Shown here: piece by piece, positions 13,388-24,557 of the stretch
How the letters are laid out: each line of letters opens with the position of its first letter
Numbering within the stretch: the stretch's first letter is position 1
Source: Takakia lepidozioides
Taxonomy: Eukaryota > Plantae > Bryophyta
NCBI GenBank assembly: GCA_030704615.1
Contig: CM060732.1
Span: forward strand, 12,338,001-12,402,000
Reading direction: 5' to 3'
DNA: 64,000 nt
Program-made: the position numbers and the translations under genes
Notes under the pieces: model-generated
The model's input: only the letters and a program-made list of their open reading frames with translations
Database searches by the model: none
Told to the model about the DNA's origin: nothing

Positions 13388-13700
13388 TTATCCCTCTCTC
13401 GAGTGACAATATCTCAGAATCCATAAATAGAATTCATCACTCATAAACAAGGGTGAGCCTAGGGGACCCCGAGCCATGGAGAATCCACCTCTTTAGGACC
13501 TACCCTCACTCCATACATACTCACACACATGAGATAAAGAGAGGGCTCAACTAGCCTCACGATCACCTTGCATAAGCAAAATCTCCCAGGTGCCCAAAAA
13601 CTCTTGACCCCTGTGGTACTTGGGCCACATCCCAAGTGTCAATATATAGAAGCTAATTATTTCCTAGCTAGTTTCACACTAATACTTGAATAACTTTACA
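13388..13700 (-). repeat. third, more diverged 5' B terminus of the Gypsy-DNMT family
   Basis: CTCTCTCGAGTGA junction motif, GAGCCTAGGGGACCCCGAGCCATGGAGAATCCACC, and GTTTCACACT...TAACTTTACA end. Confidence 0.7.
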
Positions 13701-15224
13701 GAGTATGTGCCAGACCTAGTCATATCACCTTGAGAGGTCCCACTCATTAGCCCAATTCATGAATCAGTTTCCATTGTACGTGTCATACATCTAGGTTGAT
13801 TTTGTACGTAGGCCTGATTTGTTTTATGTAGGTCTCAAAAGATATTTATGATTGATAAAAATATTCAGTTATAACTCGAGAATTAGAACCGGCGGATTTC
13901 TAACATGTTATCAACTTTTTGAAAATACGTAACTGGTTGTATAACCAAATTATAATAGAAAAGGTAAACGGATTTACAAAATCGGCCCAAAAACATGACA
14001 TTCTTAACCGCAACCGACAGGTTATTAGAAAGTTCATAAATGGAAGTAACAAGCCTAAAATTTTCTTTAAGTATAGATTTCCAATAAAGGTGTAAGTATC
14101 TGTAATGATACTTTTTCTTCCGCTGGAGTGCGATTCTCTCTAAAGGGATAGACAGAGCCATCTCCCCAGAATTTGTTTTTTAAAATTCGAAAAATAGCAC
14201 GAGTGGCTACAGAGTTTTGCAAACATTAGGCATATATTCTGTTCATCCATTCAAATTAGGACAGAATCATCCACATCCATACTTTCATCCATTCATATCA
14301 TCCATATTTGGCAAATTCATCCATAATTTTTATTTTTTTTGGAGAAATTTGGCGATTTCATCCATGAAAAAATATGGAATTTGCTACAGAATATTCTTTT
14401 CTATTTTTTGAGGTCGCCAAAAAAAAAAACTGGTTGCCAAAATTCGCCAAACCCCCCCCCCCACAACAAAAAAGAAGGAAAAAGAAAAAGAAAAAAACCA
14501 CCTGCCCAACACGAGCGTCCACTCAACTTTGGATATTGTTACTTTCTAGTTTTTGTCCATTTGAATTCAAGTTGTATTTTCAGTTTTGGGGTAAGGATGG
14601 GGCACCCAAAATAATAAAATATGCATCTAATCTATTTATTTGATGTCCAGTGTTAGTAGATACATCTCATCGTATTGTTGTGACGAGTTTCCAAAACCCT
14701 CTACATTTTAAAGGCTCGAAGGAAAGCTAAGCTTGACAATCCTCACAAACACAATTATTATTTTTGGTTTTTTTTTTTTTTTTTTGAGAAGAGGGCTTAG
14801 CCTCAGAACTTTATTTGAATCATTTGAAGGGAGTATTCTTTAAGTCAATAATCATTATTTGTCCATCCTCCAAATGTGGGCTTTTGGCTCCTGTTAGTAC
14901 CATGATTTGGTATTCTTCTTGATGTTTACAAGGATTTGGTATTCTTCCTAATGTTTACAAGGTTCTTGGAAGAGTCAGCTTGCAGGTCTTAGCAGGCCGT
15001 GTTTCAATCTCTCCCTGCTCAGCTGCACCTTGGTGGTTCTCACAGACCAATCCGACATTACCTGACTACAGATAAACAACACATACAAGAGGTCATTTTG
15101 GGTTGATGGTCGGTCAAATCCTCCATGGGTCAATGACAATGTGGCGAGGGCACGTTTCAGCCTGTTTTGCCATCTCATCAGACTTGGCCCTGAGATGCAT
15201 GTTGAATTCTGCATGGGTGATAAG

Positions 15225-16060
15225 TAGGGTTGGGTGTTTGCTGGAACAATTGTAGGCTGTCATTGTCAGCCGCTAGCAGCAAGGGAAGGATGTATGCATG
15301 ATTTGTGCAGAGCTTGGATAGCTGCGGGAGCAGGGGTAGAGTCTGGTCGGTCCAGATTCATCCAAGAGGGCGGGACTTCAAGCTCACGATTACCTATAAT
15401 TCCCTGTGGATTAATAGCTGCAAGAAACCTGCATGGGTAGATGGTCAACTGGATGCCGCAGCAACAACGGCACAATTGATAAAATCAGGCACTGCTAATG
15501 AAGGCACCTTCTTCAACACATTTTCACCCTGTTTTTCCCTCTTATCAGAATTGGCCCTAAATTTTCATTATGAATTCTGCAAATTAGCTGGTTGAGTGAA
15601 CCTTTGATAGTTTGGAGTGACTTTGACATGGTACCGCCAATGTGACAACAGGGAAGTATCCAAACATAGGTAACAGCTGAGACGAGAAGATGTGGAATGA
15701 ATACTTTTTTGACCCCAGTCCATGGTGGGACAATCGAGGCAAAAAGATGAATGCCTGTTGGATTACAGAGAGTAGCAGATGCAATTGACCATAGTGATAA
15801 GTTGAGTTGGGTGCTTCCTAGAACAAATCTAGGCTGTCATTGTCAGGTGCTAGCAGTAAGGCAAGGATGTATGCATGATTTGTGCAGCTGAAGGAGCAGG
15901 GATAGAGTCTGGGTCCAGATTCATCCAAGAGGGCTGGACTTCAAGCTCCAGATTACCTATGATTCCATGTGGATCAATAGCTACAAGAAACCTGCTGCAT
16001 GGGTAGATGGTCAACTAAAGGTAGCAGCTGCAGCGGCACAGTTGATAAAATCAGGCACCT
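15225..16060. repeat. imperfect direct duplication of about 270 bp (about 15225-15505 and 15800-16060)
   Basis: Both copies share TAGGCTGTCATTGTCAG, GGATGTATGCATGATTTGTGCAG, CCAGATTCATCCAAGAGGGC and TTGATAAAATCAGGCAC. Confidence 0.8.
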
Positions 16061-16097
16061 CAACCATGACCACAACTTTTGAAAGATGATCAAGAGA

Positions 16098-16360
16098 GGT
16101 GGCTGAACGAGATGTGGTGTTTTGGAGTGCCATGATTGCAAGGTATGTGCCGCATGGGTATGGGATTAAGGCTTTGGAAACCTAGGAGCAAATGATGTGG
16201 GAAGGGATGAAGCAAGACCAGGTCATATTCATTTGTGTTTGTAATATGTAGCAGCCCTGGGAAGGGGCGAAGAGGTTCATGGTGACATTATCAAAGCTGG
16301 AATTGTACCAGATGTCATTCTGAACATTCCCCTGGTGTACATCTACATCAAATGTGAGCG
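16098..16360 (+). pseudogene. PLS-type PPR gene fragment
   Basis: Reads AERDVVFWSAMIARYVPHG...EQMMWEGMKQDQVIF with stops and frameshifts; resembles repeats of the 36.5-43.2 kb genes. Confidence 0.75.
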
Positions 16361-17299
16361 TGGCAGCCCTGGCCAAAGAAGAACATGAAGAGGGCTTACA
16401 ATTTCATTCACCCGGGCGTAGACATTGCTGGCAATGAGAAGAAGGCAGCAAAGCAGTTCAGTGTTCCTAGCATGCATGCAGAGACGCCGTGTAGAAGTTA
16501 GGCTCAGACTTTTATCATGGCTGGATTTTGTTGACAGTGTTCCAGCACTTAACTCTCTGGGATTCTATTTTATTTTGTGGAGCTTGAATCCCCAATGGTA
16601 CTTCTTTCACTACACTAGTGGTATGTGTTCCTCTAGTCATGTTCATAATCACTTGCACATCATTGTAATAGTGGTATAATTTAAAACTGTGGGAGTAGCC
16701 AAATGCACACAATTGCCTACATTACCACTCGTATAGTGGTATAAGTAGTCACATATATATTACTGTATTAGTGGTATGAATTCCTCCAGTGGTATTCCTA
16801 ATCACTTACACACCACTCTGTTAGTAATCACTCCAATCCATAGTTCCCACTCAGAGAGACACCATGGATGACTCAAACAGCTTACACACCACTCTGTGGG
16901 TAATCATTCCAATGACCTGCTGAGAGACATCATCCACTCACATAACCACTCTGTGAGTGATATTGTATATTCTCAGTTTTCATAGAATGACTCTATGAGT
17001 CATTTTGTGATCACTCAACAAGTGGTTTCGGAAGTCATTGAATTTTTCACTCCATCCATTTCGTAGCACTGACACACGACACGTGTCCATGCACGTGCAC
17101 CACTCAGGGATATCTCTAGCGAGATAGACATGCACTGCTCAGGGATATTTTTAGCAGGACCGCCTCATGTATATAGTGTGTTGCTTTATCAATGAAAGTA
17201 CGTGCCTTCGTCTCCAAACCTTTCTACTTGTCTAGCACCCTCTCTAGCCTCTGCTCAAGCTCCTCACCATGGGGGACTCTGAAAGCTCACAGTTTCTTT

Positions 17300-17765
17300 C
17301 TAGCTCACCAAGTACAAACCTTGCCTGGTAATAACACAAGGAAGGCAAAAGCAATGTCTCATCCTCGACGATTTGATCTTCGCCCCCTCTCCCCCCATCC
17401 TTGTCAAGGACTCCTGGACCAGAAGCTGGCTGACTGCTAGCAATTTGAGCGCAACGAAGATTCTCTTATAGCTTTCACAGAGATGGACACAAAGAGGGGG
17501 GTTTAGCAATAGTCCAAGAGGCCATGAACCGTGATTATCCTCTTATTCCAATGGACATTCCAAGCCTTAACAAGAGGGTCTCAAGCATGGAAGAAAGCGG
17601 CATCCTAATCCACTTTCCAGGAAAGAAGGTTGACAGAGGCTACGTCCAAGACTGGGCGATTAGATACCTTGGTGGACCAGGTGAGTTGAGGCAACCTTTT
17701 TGCCATGCCAAAGGGCGAGGTTTCAACTCCATTGTCTTTGAGTCTCCAAAGGCAGCGGCCAAGGC
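17300..17765 (+). mobile_element. L1-type LINE, 5' part of ORF1 (DUF4283-like), interrupted by Gypsy-DNMT copy 2
   Basis: Removing 17766-30207 restores KGRGFNSIVFESPKAAAKA|FKFNPHLNGLNVNIFPWS. The left boundary is approximate. Confidence 0.72.
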
Positions 17766-18289
17766 TGTCGTGCGCATACATATCGCTACACAACTACATC
17801 GCTGTCCAAACCACACCACACATATATGCACAATAAAGTAGTCTACCACAATAGAAAGCTAGGAACACACTGTTCACACAAGAAACATGAAATCCATCGC
17901 TATCACTCTTTATAATAGTAGTCGAGCCAGGGGCACCCCAAGCTATGGGGACTCCACCCCACAACAACCTACACTCCCATCATGAGTACACTCAGATCTA
18001 AACGCATGCAGGAGCTCGGTCGCGCAGGCTCAACTCGAGAGAGATGAGCTGCGCGACTGCCGCTCTCGTGAAGATAAGACGGACCAGGTGTCAAACTAAA
18101 CTTGACACCTGATTTAACACTTGACCTAAATCCCAAGTGTTAAATACAAATAACTAGTTTTATGCTAGCTGTTTTCACACTGTGCTTATTTAACTTGACA
18201 GCTGTCGTGCGCATACATATCGCTACACAACTACATCGCTGTCCAAACCACACCACACATATATGCACAATAAAGTAGTCTACCACAAT
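17766..18289 (-). repeat. 3' composite terminus: A (17766-17850), B (17851-18200), GC, A (18203-18287)
   Basis: The two 85-bp A copies are identical. B equals 29855-30203 except TAAATCCCAAG versus TAAATCCAAG. Confidence 0.95.
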
Positions 18290-18299
18290 CGCCCCCCTA
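18288..18299 (-). promoter_or_regulatory. putative polypurine tract
   Basis: Minus strand reads TAGGGGGGCGAT immediately before TGTGGTAG (start of inner A), about 250 bp after the pol stop. Confidence 0.6.
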
Positions 18300-18546
18300 G
18301 CTGGTGGATAGGTCCCTCTACCTCCAGATAGCTACAAGACGTAATAGCCATAGCCGTACTAAGTCCTGTATCACTGTCCCTATCGTACTCAAACTCTATA
18401 GACCAAGAGGCCGGGTGCAAGAGTAGCCCCATCGTTAGTTGCCGTCTTGCAATATGTGAACTTGAGCCAGGACTTCGTGTATTCAAGGTCTCCTGTAGCT
18501 GGGCCTTGCGTTGCTTGTTAGCCTCCCATGGTTGTATCCACTCCCA

Positions 18547-21522
18547 CTATCTAATGCATTGTGGACATAACCAATCCCCATTTGGAACCATCTCAAGAGG
18601 TGGAGTCAAGCACCCCATATGCCAACCTCTAGAGCATCGATCACACACCACCATGGTGGCTGCCCCTTTAGCAGACCCACACAACATGCACCTCAAACCT
18701 GCAGATACCACTGCCAGGTTTGGGTCAATCCTGCCATCGACATTCGGAAGGTGACATGGCGCACAATTACGCACATGGTCCTTCCAAGTTATGCCATCCC
18801 GACCCTCCAAGACCAAGACGCCTGAGGGCAAGACCTCTCGAACCCTCAAAATAACACGTCCTGCAGTCACATCCAGGGTCGTAGGAGCAGTCTGCTGCAG
18901 ATAGACATAGTCACCAGGGTTGAATCTCCGAACCCCAGGACGATAGCCCCCACCACGTATGGTAGCATACCTCAACGTATCACGGTGTTGTGCAATGGCA
19001 AGGTTCTCGAAAGCCATGGGCATGACTCTCTTGAACAACTCTGCACGCTGCTCACATGCACGTGCCCACACGTCCGGATCATCAAGGTTAAGAACTGTAG
19101 CAGCTTCTCTGCGAATGGATGTAGGCAAATCCGGCTCTCGGCCAAAGAGAAGAAAGTATGGTGAGAAGGAGGCAAGTGATGCTTGCTTGCTGAACCTGTA
19201 GCCCATGGCTAACCAGGGTAACTGAAGGTCCCAATCTCCTAGGTGTCCCTTCTGCAAGCCATACTTGCGCAAACCCCTCTTTACTGTCTGAACAACTCTC
19301 TCTGCCAAGCCATCGGCTTCAGGATAATCCCGAGAAGTGGTGCGGTGGTCTATCAAGGCCTTGTCACACAAAGCCTGAAACTCCCCCAAGAACTCTCTCC
19401 CTTGGTCCGTGAGTACCTCAGCTGGAGCACCGAATCGGCTAAGCACACAATCCAGGAATGCATACGCAGCTCCCTCACTAGCCTTATCAGGCAATGGAAC
19501 CAATTCAATCCACTTGGAGAAGTGCTCCACCATCACCAACATGTACTTGTTGTGGCGCATGGTCAGTGGCAACGGCCCTGCGAAGTCAAGACTCCACCTG
19601 TAGCCCAATCCCATGATCGGAAGAGGGTGCAATTGTGGAGTAGGGGCGTTGAATGAAGCACGCACCCTGTCACACACCATGCACCTAGCCACAAATTGTT
19701 GCACCTCTGTGTGCATACCACGCCACCAATACTGCCCCTGCAGTAGACTATGAGTGCGTCGCACCCCAAAATGCCCCAACTCCTCATGGGCATGCCGCAC
19801 TAACCGTGCCCGCTGTGTTGGGTGAGGCACAATCCTCACTCGACCATCCTCCCACACTCGGAGCAGGTGTGTCCCCTCCCACCTGAACCTCTTGGCTCGT
19901 TGTAGGATCCGATCCCTCTCCTTGGCAGTCATAGTGGCTGCCGTGTCTCCACTGCGGAGGTAGTCCAACACAACTGAATCCTCATGTATATCTTTGGCGC
20001 CACCCTGCTCATTGCTGGCCTCAGGGTCCTCAGACACTTGATCTACAGTCATCCCTGTTGTAGGTCCAACCTGGCCTTCCGCTGCCAAGATACACAGAAA
20101 TGCAGATGCATGCCATCCGGGCACCATCTCCTCGTCCGTCTCACCATGCCACCGAGCTCCAGTGTCATCCTGCTGGCTCGTGCATGGATTGCGACTCAAC
20201 CCATCTGCATTTCGATTGACCAAACCCGGTCGATGCACCACCTGAAAGTCATACTCTTGAAGGATGAGTGCCCACCGTGCAAGCTTCCCCGTAAGCTTGT
20301 CTGACTCCATCAACCACTTGAGTGGTTGGTGATCCGTGACAAGGGTGAAGAGATTGCCGTATAAATAGCACCTGAAGTATGCCACGGCCCACACTGCAGC
20401 TAAGCATTCTCCCTCATATGAGCTATACTTAGACTCTGCAGCATTGTTCGAGCGGCTAGCATAAGCCACTACGAACTCTCTTCCCTCATCATCCACCTGT
20501 GTGAGCACCGCTCCAAGCCCCAGCATGCTCCAATCTGTATGCAGCTGAAAAGGACGCCCCCTGATAGGTCGTCTCAAGATGGGCGCCGAGGTCAACCTCG
20601 CCTTGAGCTCTTGAAAAGCTTGTTCTTGCTCATCTTCCCACTGCCACTCCTGGTCCACCTTGGTCAGCTTGGTTAGAGCATTTGCAATGGCACTAAATCC
20701 CTTAACAAACCGTCTGTAATAGTTTGCTAACCCCATGAAAGCTCGAACTCGGCTCACATCCGTGGGGCGTGGAACCTGTGCAATGGACTCTACCTTAGTC
20801 TGCTGTACCCCCAATCCTCCAGGATATATCATGTGACCCAGATACTCAATCTGGTTGTGGAAAAACTTGCACTTCCCCGGATGTAACTTCAATCCGTGCG
20901 TCCTCAAGCGCTCAAATACCCCCTGAAGGTGTCTCTCATGCTCCTCCACCGTAGCACTAAAGATGATGATGTCATCTATGTAGCACCGAGCAAACTCCAC
21001 CCCTGCTAGAATCCTGTCCATGACTCTTTGAAACTCAGCGGGAGCGTTTTTAAGCCCAAATGGTAAGAACCGCCACTGGTATAGGCAATCCTTCCCGTGC
21101 TCATTGATCCCCCAGAATGCCGTCTTTTGCTTATCCGCCTCCTTGATCGGCAACTGGTGATATCCGGATCGTAAATCCAACGTGCTAAAGACCTTGGAAT
21201 GCCCAATGGCATCAAAGATCTCCTCTGGTGTTGGCATGGCATACCTATCGGACTTGGTCTGACGATTTACAGGCCGGTAATTACCGCACATACGTCTCTC
21301 CGTCCAATTGCCATAGACATCCTTCTTAGCTGGCATCACTGTGGCTGAAGCATACTCTCCACCAGAGAGCTCCACCAAACCTGCCTCCCAGAGATCTTGA
21401 GTCCTCATCTGAATCAAAGACCTCTCCATGTCACTGTATCTATAGGGTCTCCGAAAGATTGGCGTGTTAGTGGCCAACTCAATACGGATCTCTTGACCCT
21501 TCAGTGCTCCCAAGTCCTTCAA
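18547..21522 (-). CDS. gypsy pol: RT - RNase H - DDE integrase - C-terminal PHD finger (frame is open up to the TAG at 21682)
   Basis: LDLRSGYHQ, LPFGLKNAP, YIDDII; TDWS, SSYEGECLA, TDHQPL, NADGLSR; HHCC (HEELGH..CMVC), LDFAGP, TDQGREF, GLAER; CMLC..CDRC..WHMGC..WLCPQC. Confidence 0.96.
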   Translation of the reverse strand: MKDLGALKGQEIRIELATNTPIFRRPYRYSDMERSLIQMRTQDLWEAGLVELSGGEYASATVMPAKKDVYGNWTERRMCGNYRPVNRQTKSDRYAMPTPEEIFDAIGHSKVFSTLDLRSGYHQLPIKEADKQKTAFWGINEHGKDCLYQWRFLPFGLKNAPAEFQRVMDRILAGVEFARCYIDDIIIFSATVEEHERHLQGVFERLRTHGLKLHPGKCKFFHNQIEYLGHMIYPGGLGVQQTKVESIAQVPRPTDVSRVRAFMGLANYYRRFVKGFSAIANALTKLTKVDQEWQWEDEQEQAFQELKARLTSAPILRRPIRGRPFQLHTDWSMLGLGAVLTQVDDEGREFVVAYASRSNNAAESKYSSYEGECLAAVWAVAYFRCYLYGNLFTLVTDHQPLKWLMESDKLTGKLARWALILQEYDFQVVHRPGLVNRNADGLSRNPCTSQQDDTGARWHGETDEEMVPGWHASAFLCILAAEGQVGPTTGMTVDQVSEDPEASNEQGGAKDIHEDSVVLDYLRSGDTAATMTAKERDRILQRAKRFRWEGTHLLRVWEDGRVRIVPHPTQRARLVRHAHEELGHFGVRRTHSLLQGQYWWRGMHTEVQQFVARCMVCDRVRASFNAPTPQLHPLPIMGLGYRWSLDFAGPLPLTMRHNKYMLVMVEHFSKWIELVPLPDKASEGAAYAFLDCVLSRFGAPAEVLTDQGREFLGEFQALCDKALIDHRTTSRDYPEADGLAERVVQTVKRGLRKYGLQKGHLGDWDLQLPWLAMGYRFSKQASLASFSPYFLLFGREPDLPTSIRREAATVLNLDDPDVWARACEQRAELFKRVMPMAFENLAIAQHRDTLRYATIRGGGYRPGVRRFNPGDYVYLQQTAPTTLDVTAGRVILRVREVLPSGVLVLEGRDGITWKDHVRNCAPCHLPNVDGRIDPNLAVVSAGLRCMLCGSAKGAATMVVCDRCSRGWHMGCLTPPLEMVPNGDWLCPQCIR

Positions 21523-21681
21523 ATTGAAGGCAAAGCAATTCCTGTAAGCCCTCAGGAACCGCCGTATACGTCGTCTCTCTCCTCCGGTGACAATGGGTCC
21601 AATGTCAGGCTCCCAATTGTCCTCCGTAACTGCAACCTTAAGTCCAGTGGGCTTAGAGGTAGAGGACGCATCCTGTGGTTG

Positions 21682-24410
21682 CTATGCTGCAACCTCTTGA
21701 GCAGTACCCCCTTCCTGCTCAGTCAATGACAAGGCCTCATCCTGCCCCATCATCTCATCATTGAGAACCTCCTCATCCCGAGAAGAATCCCCAACCTCAT
21801 CCATCACAGCTGCCTTCGCTGCCAACTCCCTCTGAACCTCGAGCACCTCCCACATGTGCCATGGATGTCTACACCTCGTGGTCCTCACCGGCTCGCCCCC
21901 ACTCGCTGCCTGTACCGTCTCGGTAGGCAGAGAGACCGTCAAGGGAAGTGCACTCCGCACTCTACGTTGCTCAGCCATAGCCATGCTGACAATCCAGGTC
22001 AAGCAATTGAGATCCATTGCTTGCCCCAACACCTGACGACGTGATGCCTCAGAAAGAGAAGGCACCGCCGTGGTCCCAGTGGAAAACCCCATAGCCCGCT
22101 CTTGCTCGTCGGCATTAGGCTCCACTAACTGCTGCAAATGAGCATCCCACAGGAGGCCAGGTCCACCATCCCGAAAAGCATGGGATCCTGGGAAGCTGAG
22201 CAGTGTAGGTAATGCTGCTCGTGGTTGACCCACCCTGTTGACCACTGCCAAAGGCGAACGGTCATCGTGTCTCACACGTTGAGACTGCCTTCCTGTGTCC
22301 AAAATGCCATCCCCCCATCAAATGCACGCTTGAGCAGTGCGGGTGGCATCAAGTTAGTCCACCATAGTCGTGGACGATGAGCCTGTGACCCCACTGCAGC
22401 TGCATCCAGCAACACTGCTGACCCAAGCCACGACCGGACTTGATGCACACTGGCCATCACCCTGGCCCGAGAATCACCCATCAGTGGTACATTCTCCAAG
22501 ATGTATGCTGGAGATACAGCTTGATGAAGCTGCAAGCAGCGCAAAATCCACACCATCTCCCAAAACAGACCCGTCCTCGAGTCTCGCAATCCATTGCCAT
22601 GCCCGGCTGATGAATGCCCTTGGCAGGGCCAACCTGCCACTATCAGATCAATGGAGCCAACCTGCTCCAAATCTTGCGCCCCCAACAAGGAAATGTCTGC
22701 TGGCAAGGCTTGTTGGTATCCACGAACTGCAGACACAAGCAACAAGTCAGGGTACTGCTGTACCAACTGAGCCACATGGCGCAGTGAGACGCGTCGTGCA
22801 GTCTCATCCCTCTCCACATACAGGTAACGCCTTACCCGCACACCTGCCTGTAGCACAACAGCCAATCCGGTGCTGATCCCGCCAAACAAGTCCAGAAGGC
22901 AAATGCCTTCATCCGGCCGCTGCCACACAAGAGGTGTGGTGTCCAATGGCGACAACTGAGGTGGCCCTGGTGCAATCACCGCACTCTCCTCCTCTCCTGA
23001 CGGTACAAAAGCTTCTTCCCAAGCTTGTTGCACCCGTCCATCAGCAGCTTGCTGCAAATCCTTGCTCGTACCCCACAACGGAGTGTGAGCAACCATGGCA
23101 GGCAACTCCGCCGTACCATGCATGTCATCCTGCTCTGCTGGAGGTGGCACATCCTCTGCATGGGCATTGCCTTCCAGCAACTCTCCAGGCCAACTAACGG
23201 CAGCTGTGAAGGCGGCTAGTGTTGGCATCTTGCCCCGCTGGGCAGCTGCAATACCCCCAATGAATGTCACAGGGAGCTGTGCACGGCGACCATCCCCTGA
23301 CTGCCATCCAGGCCTGTAGGATGCTGACTCCTCCCAGAAATCCAGGGTGAAGCCCATGGGGTATAACACTGCCCCACCAACGAGGGCATCGTAAGAGACC
23401 GCGTCTGTCACAATGGCCTTGGCTCGCATCACTGAGCCATCTACAGGATGATCCGGCTGCAGTCTAATAGCCAACTGATGCCGTGTCATGCCGCGAGCCT
23501 GCTCTGATCCTCCCAGAGATGTCTGTATCTGGAAAGGACAAGGCTCCATATCCGCCTCCATGAGGCCCAAACCTGCAATAGCAGCTCTGCCCAACATCAG
23601 TGGCTGAGCTCCTGAGTCCAACAAGACCCGCAGTGGCCGGTACTTCTTGCCTGCCGGTCCACTCAAAGTGAAAATGCCTCCCTGGTTGTCTAACAAGACA
23701 ACTCCAGGTGTCACCATGGCGCGCTCAATGGCTGGCCTAGCTGGCAGCTCCGTCAACCTGGCAGCTGCAACTTGCCATGGCGCAGCCGTGGCAGTCTTGA
23801 CCCTCAAATCCGAGGATCCCTCTGCCACTACACCTTCCACTAACTCCGCAGAAGATGAAGTGACCTCCCCACTCTCACAGAGTGTTGCTGCTAGTCTGAA
23901 CACTGCAGCTGGTCTCACCCCCGGCGTCGCAATCATTGTTGCCGAGAACAGTGGGGCCTGACACACAGAGGTGGCTGCCCCCAATAACACACCGGCCGCA
24001 CTAGCCTTGGCAACAGGAGTCAATGCTGCACGTGTAGCTCTCCCCAATGGCATAGTAACCTTCGCCTCGGTAACAGTCGGGCGAGAACTAGGTGACATGG
24101 ATGGCGTCGACACAGTCTCCGCCAATGTGAATGACTGAGGAAGCCTTGCCTGACGGCTTGCCTCCCCACGCTGTGGATCCAATTCCACCTCTGCACCTCG
24201 TGGCTCAGGAACTCGTGCTGCTCCTCGAGTCACGGCTGCAGCAGACTCCACCTGCTCTAGTGGTAGTGCTGCTCCGCACATAAATCCCATGCCTCCCATA
24301 TCTCCTCCCTCAGGAGCAGGAGGTGGACCATCCCGCCTGGGAGCCGGTACCGCCTGAGCTATAGCCATGGCAGCGAGCCTCTGCTCTAGCTGCTGAAGCC
24401 GATTGGCCAT
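21682..24410 (-). pseudogene. aspartic protease plus DNMT3-like C5 cytosine methyltransferase (frameshift near 22300)
   Basis: LLDSGAQ; motif I LDLFGGIS, II YVERD, IV AGWPCQ, VI ILENVP, VIII AHRPRLWWTN, IX EQERAMGF, X RRQVLGQAM. Confidence 0.92.
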
Positions 24411-24557
24411 GCCTTGGTCAACACCCTGACCTCCGCGTCCTTGGCCATGTGGAGCTTACCCTTGGCCTGCACCTCGTGCCCGACCACCTCGTCCTCTTTG
24501 GGCTGGTCCACCTCGCCCCCGGCCACCATTGTCCCTTGGAACTGGCCTGGGCGCAAC

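Noticed and set aside
16608-17178. CACTA element (CACTA...TAGTG)
   Set aside because: The terminal match does not extend beyond 5 bp and the 3-bp flanks differ (TTT versus TGT).
17766-18200. Ordinary 3' LTR, or an independent solo LTR next to a truncated element
   Set aside because: The 5' end lacks A in three copies, a second A lies inside after the PPT, and one TSD brackets the whole 12.4 kb.
21990-22910. Bacterial restriction-modification MTase or contamination
   Set aside because: It lies within the retroelement polyprotein in two copies and has DNMT3-like C-terminal motifs.
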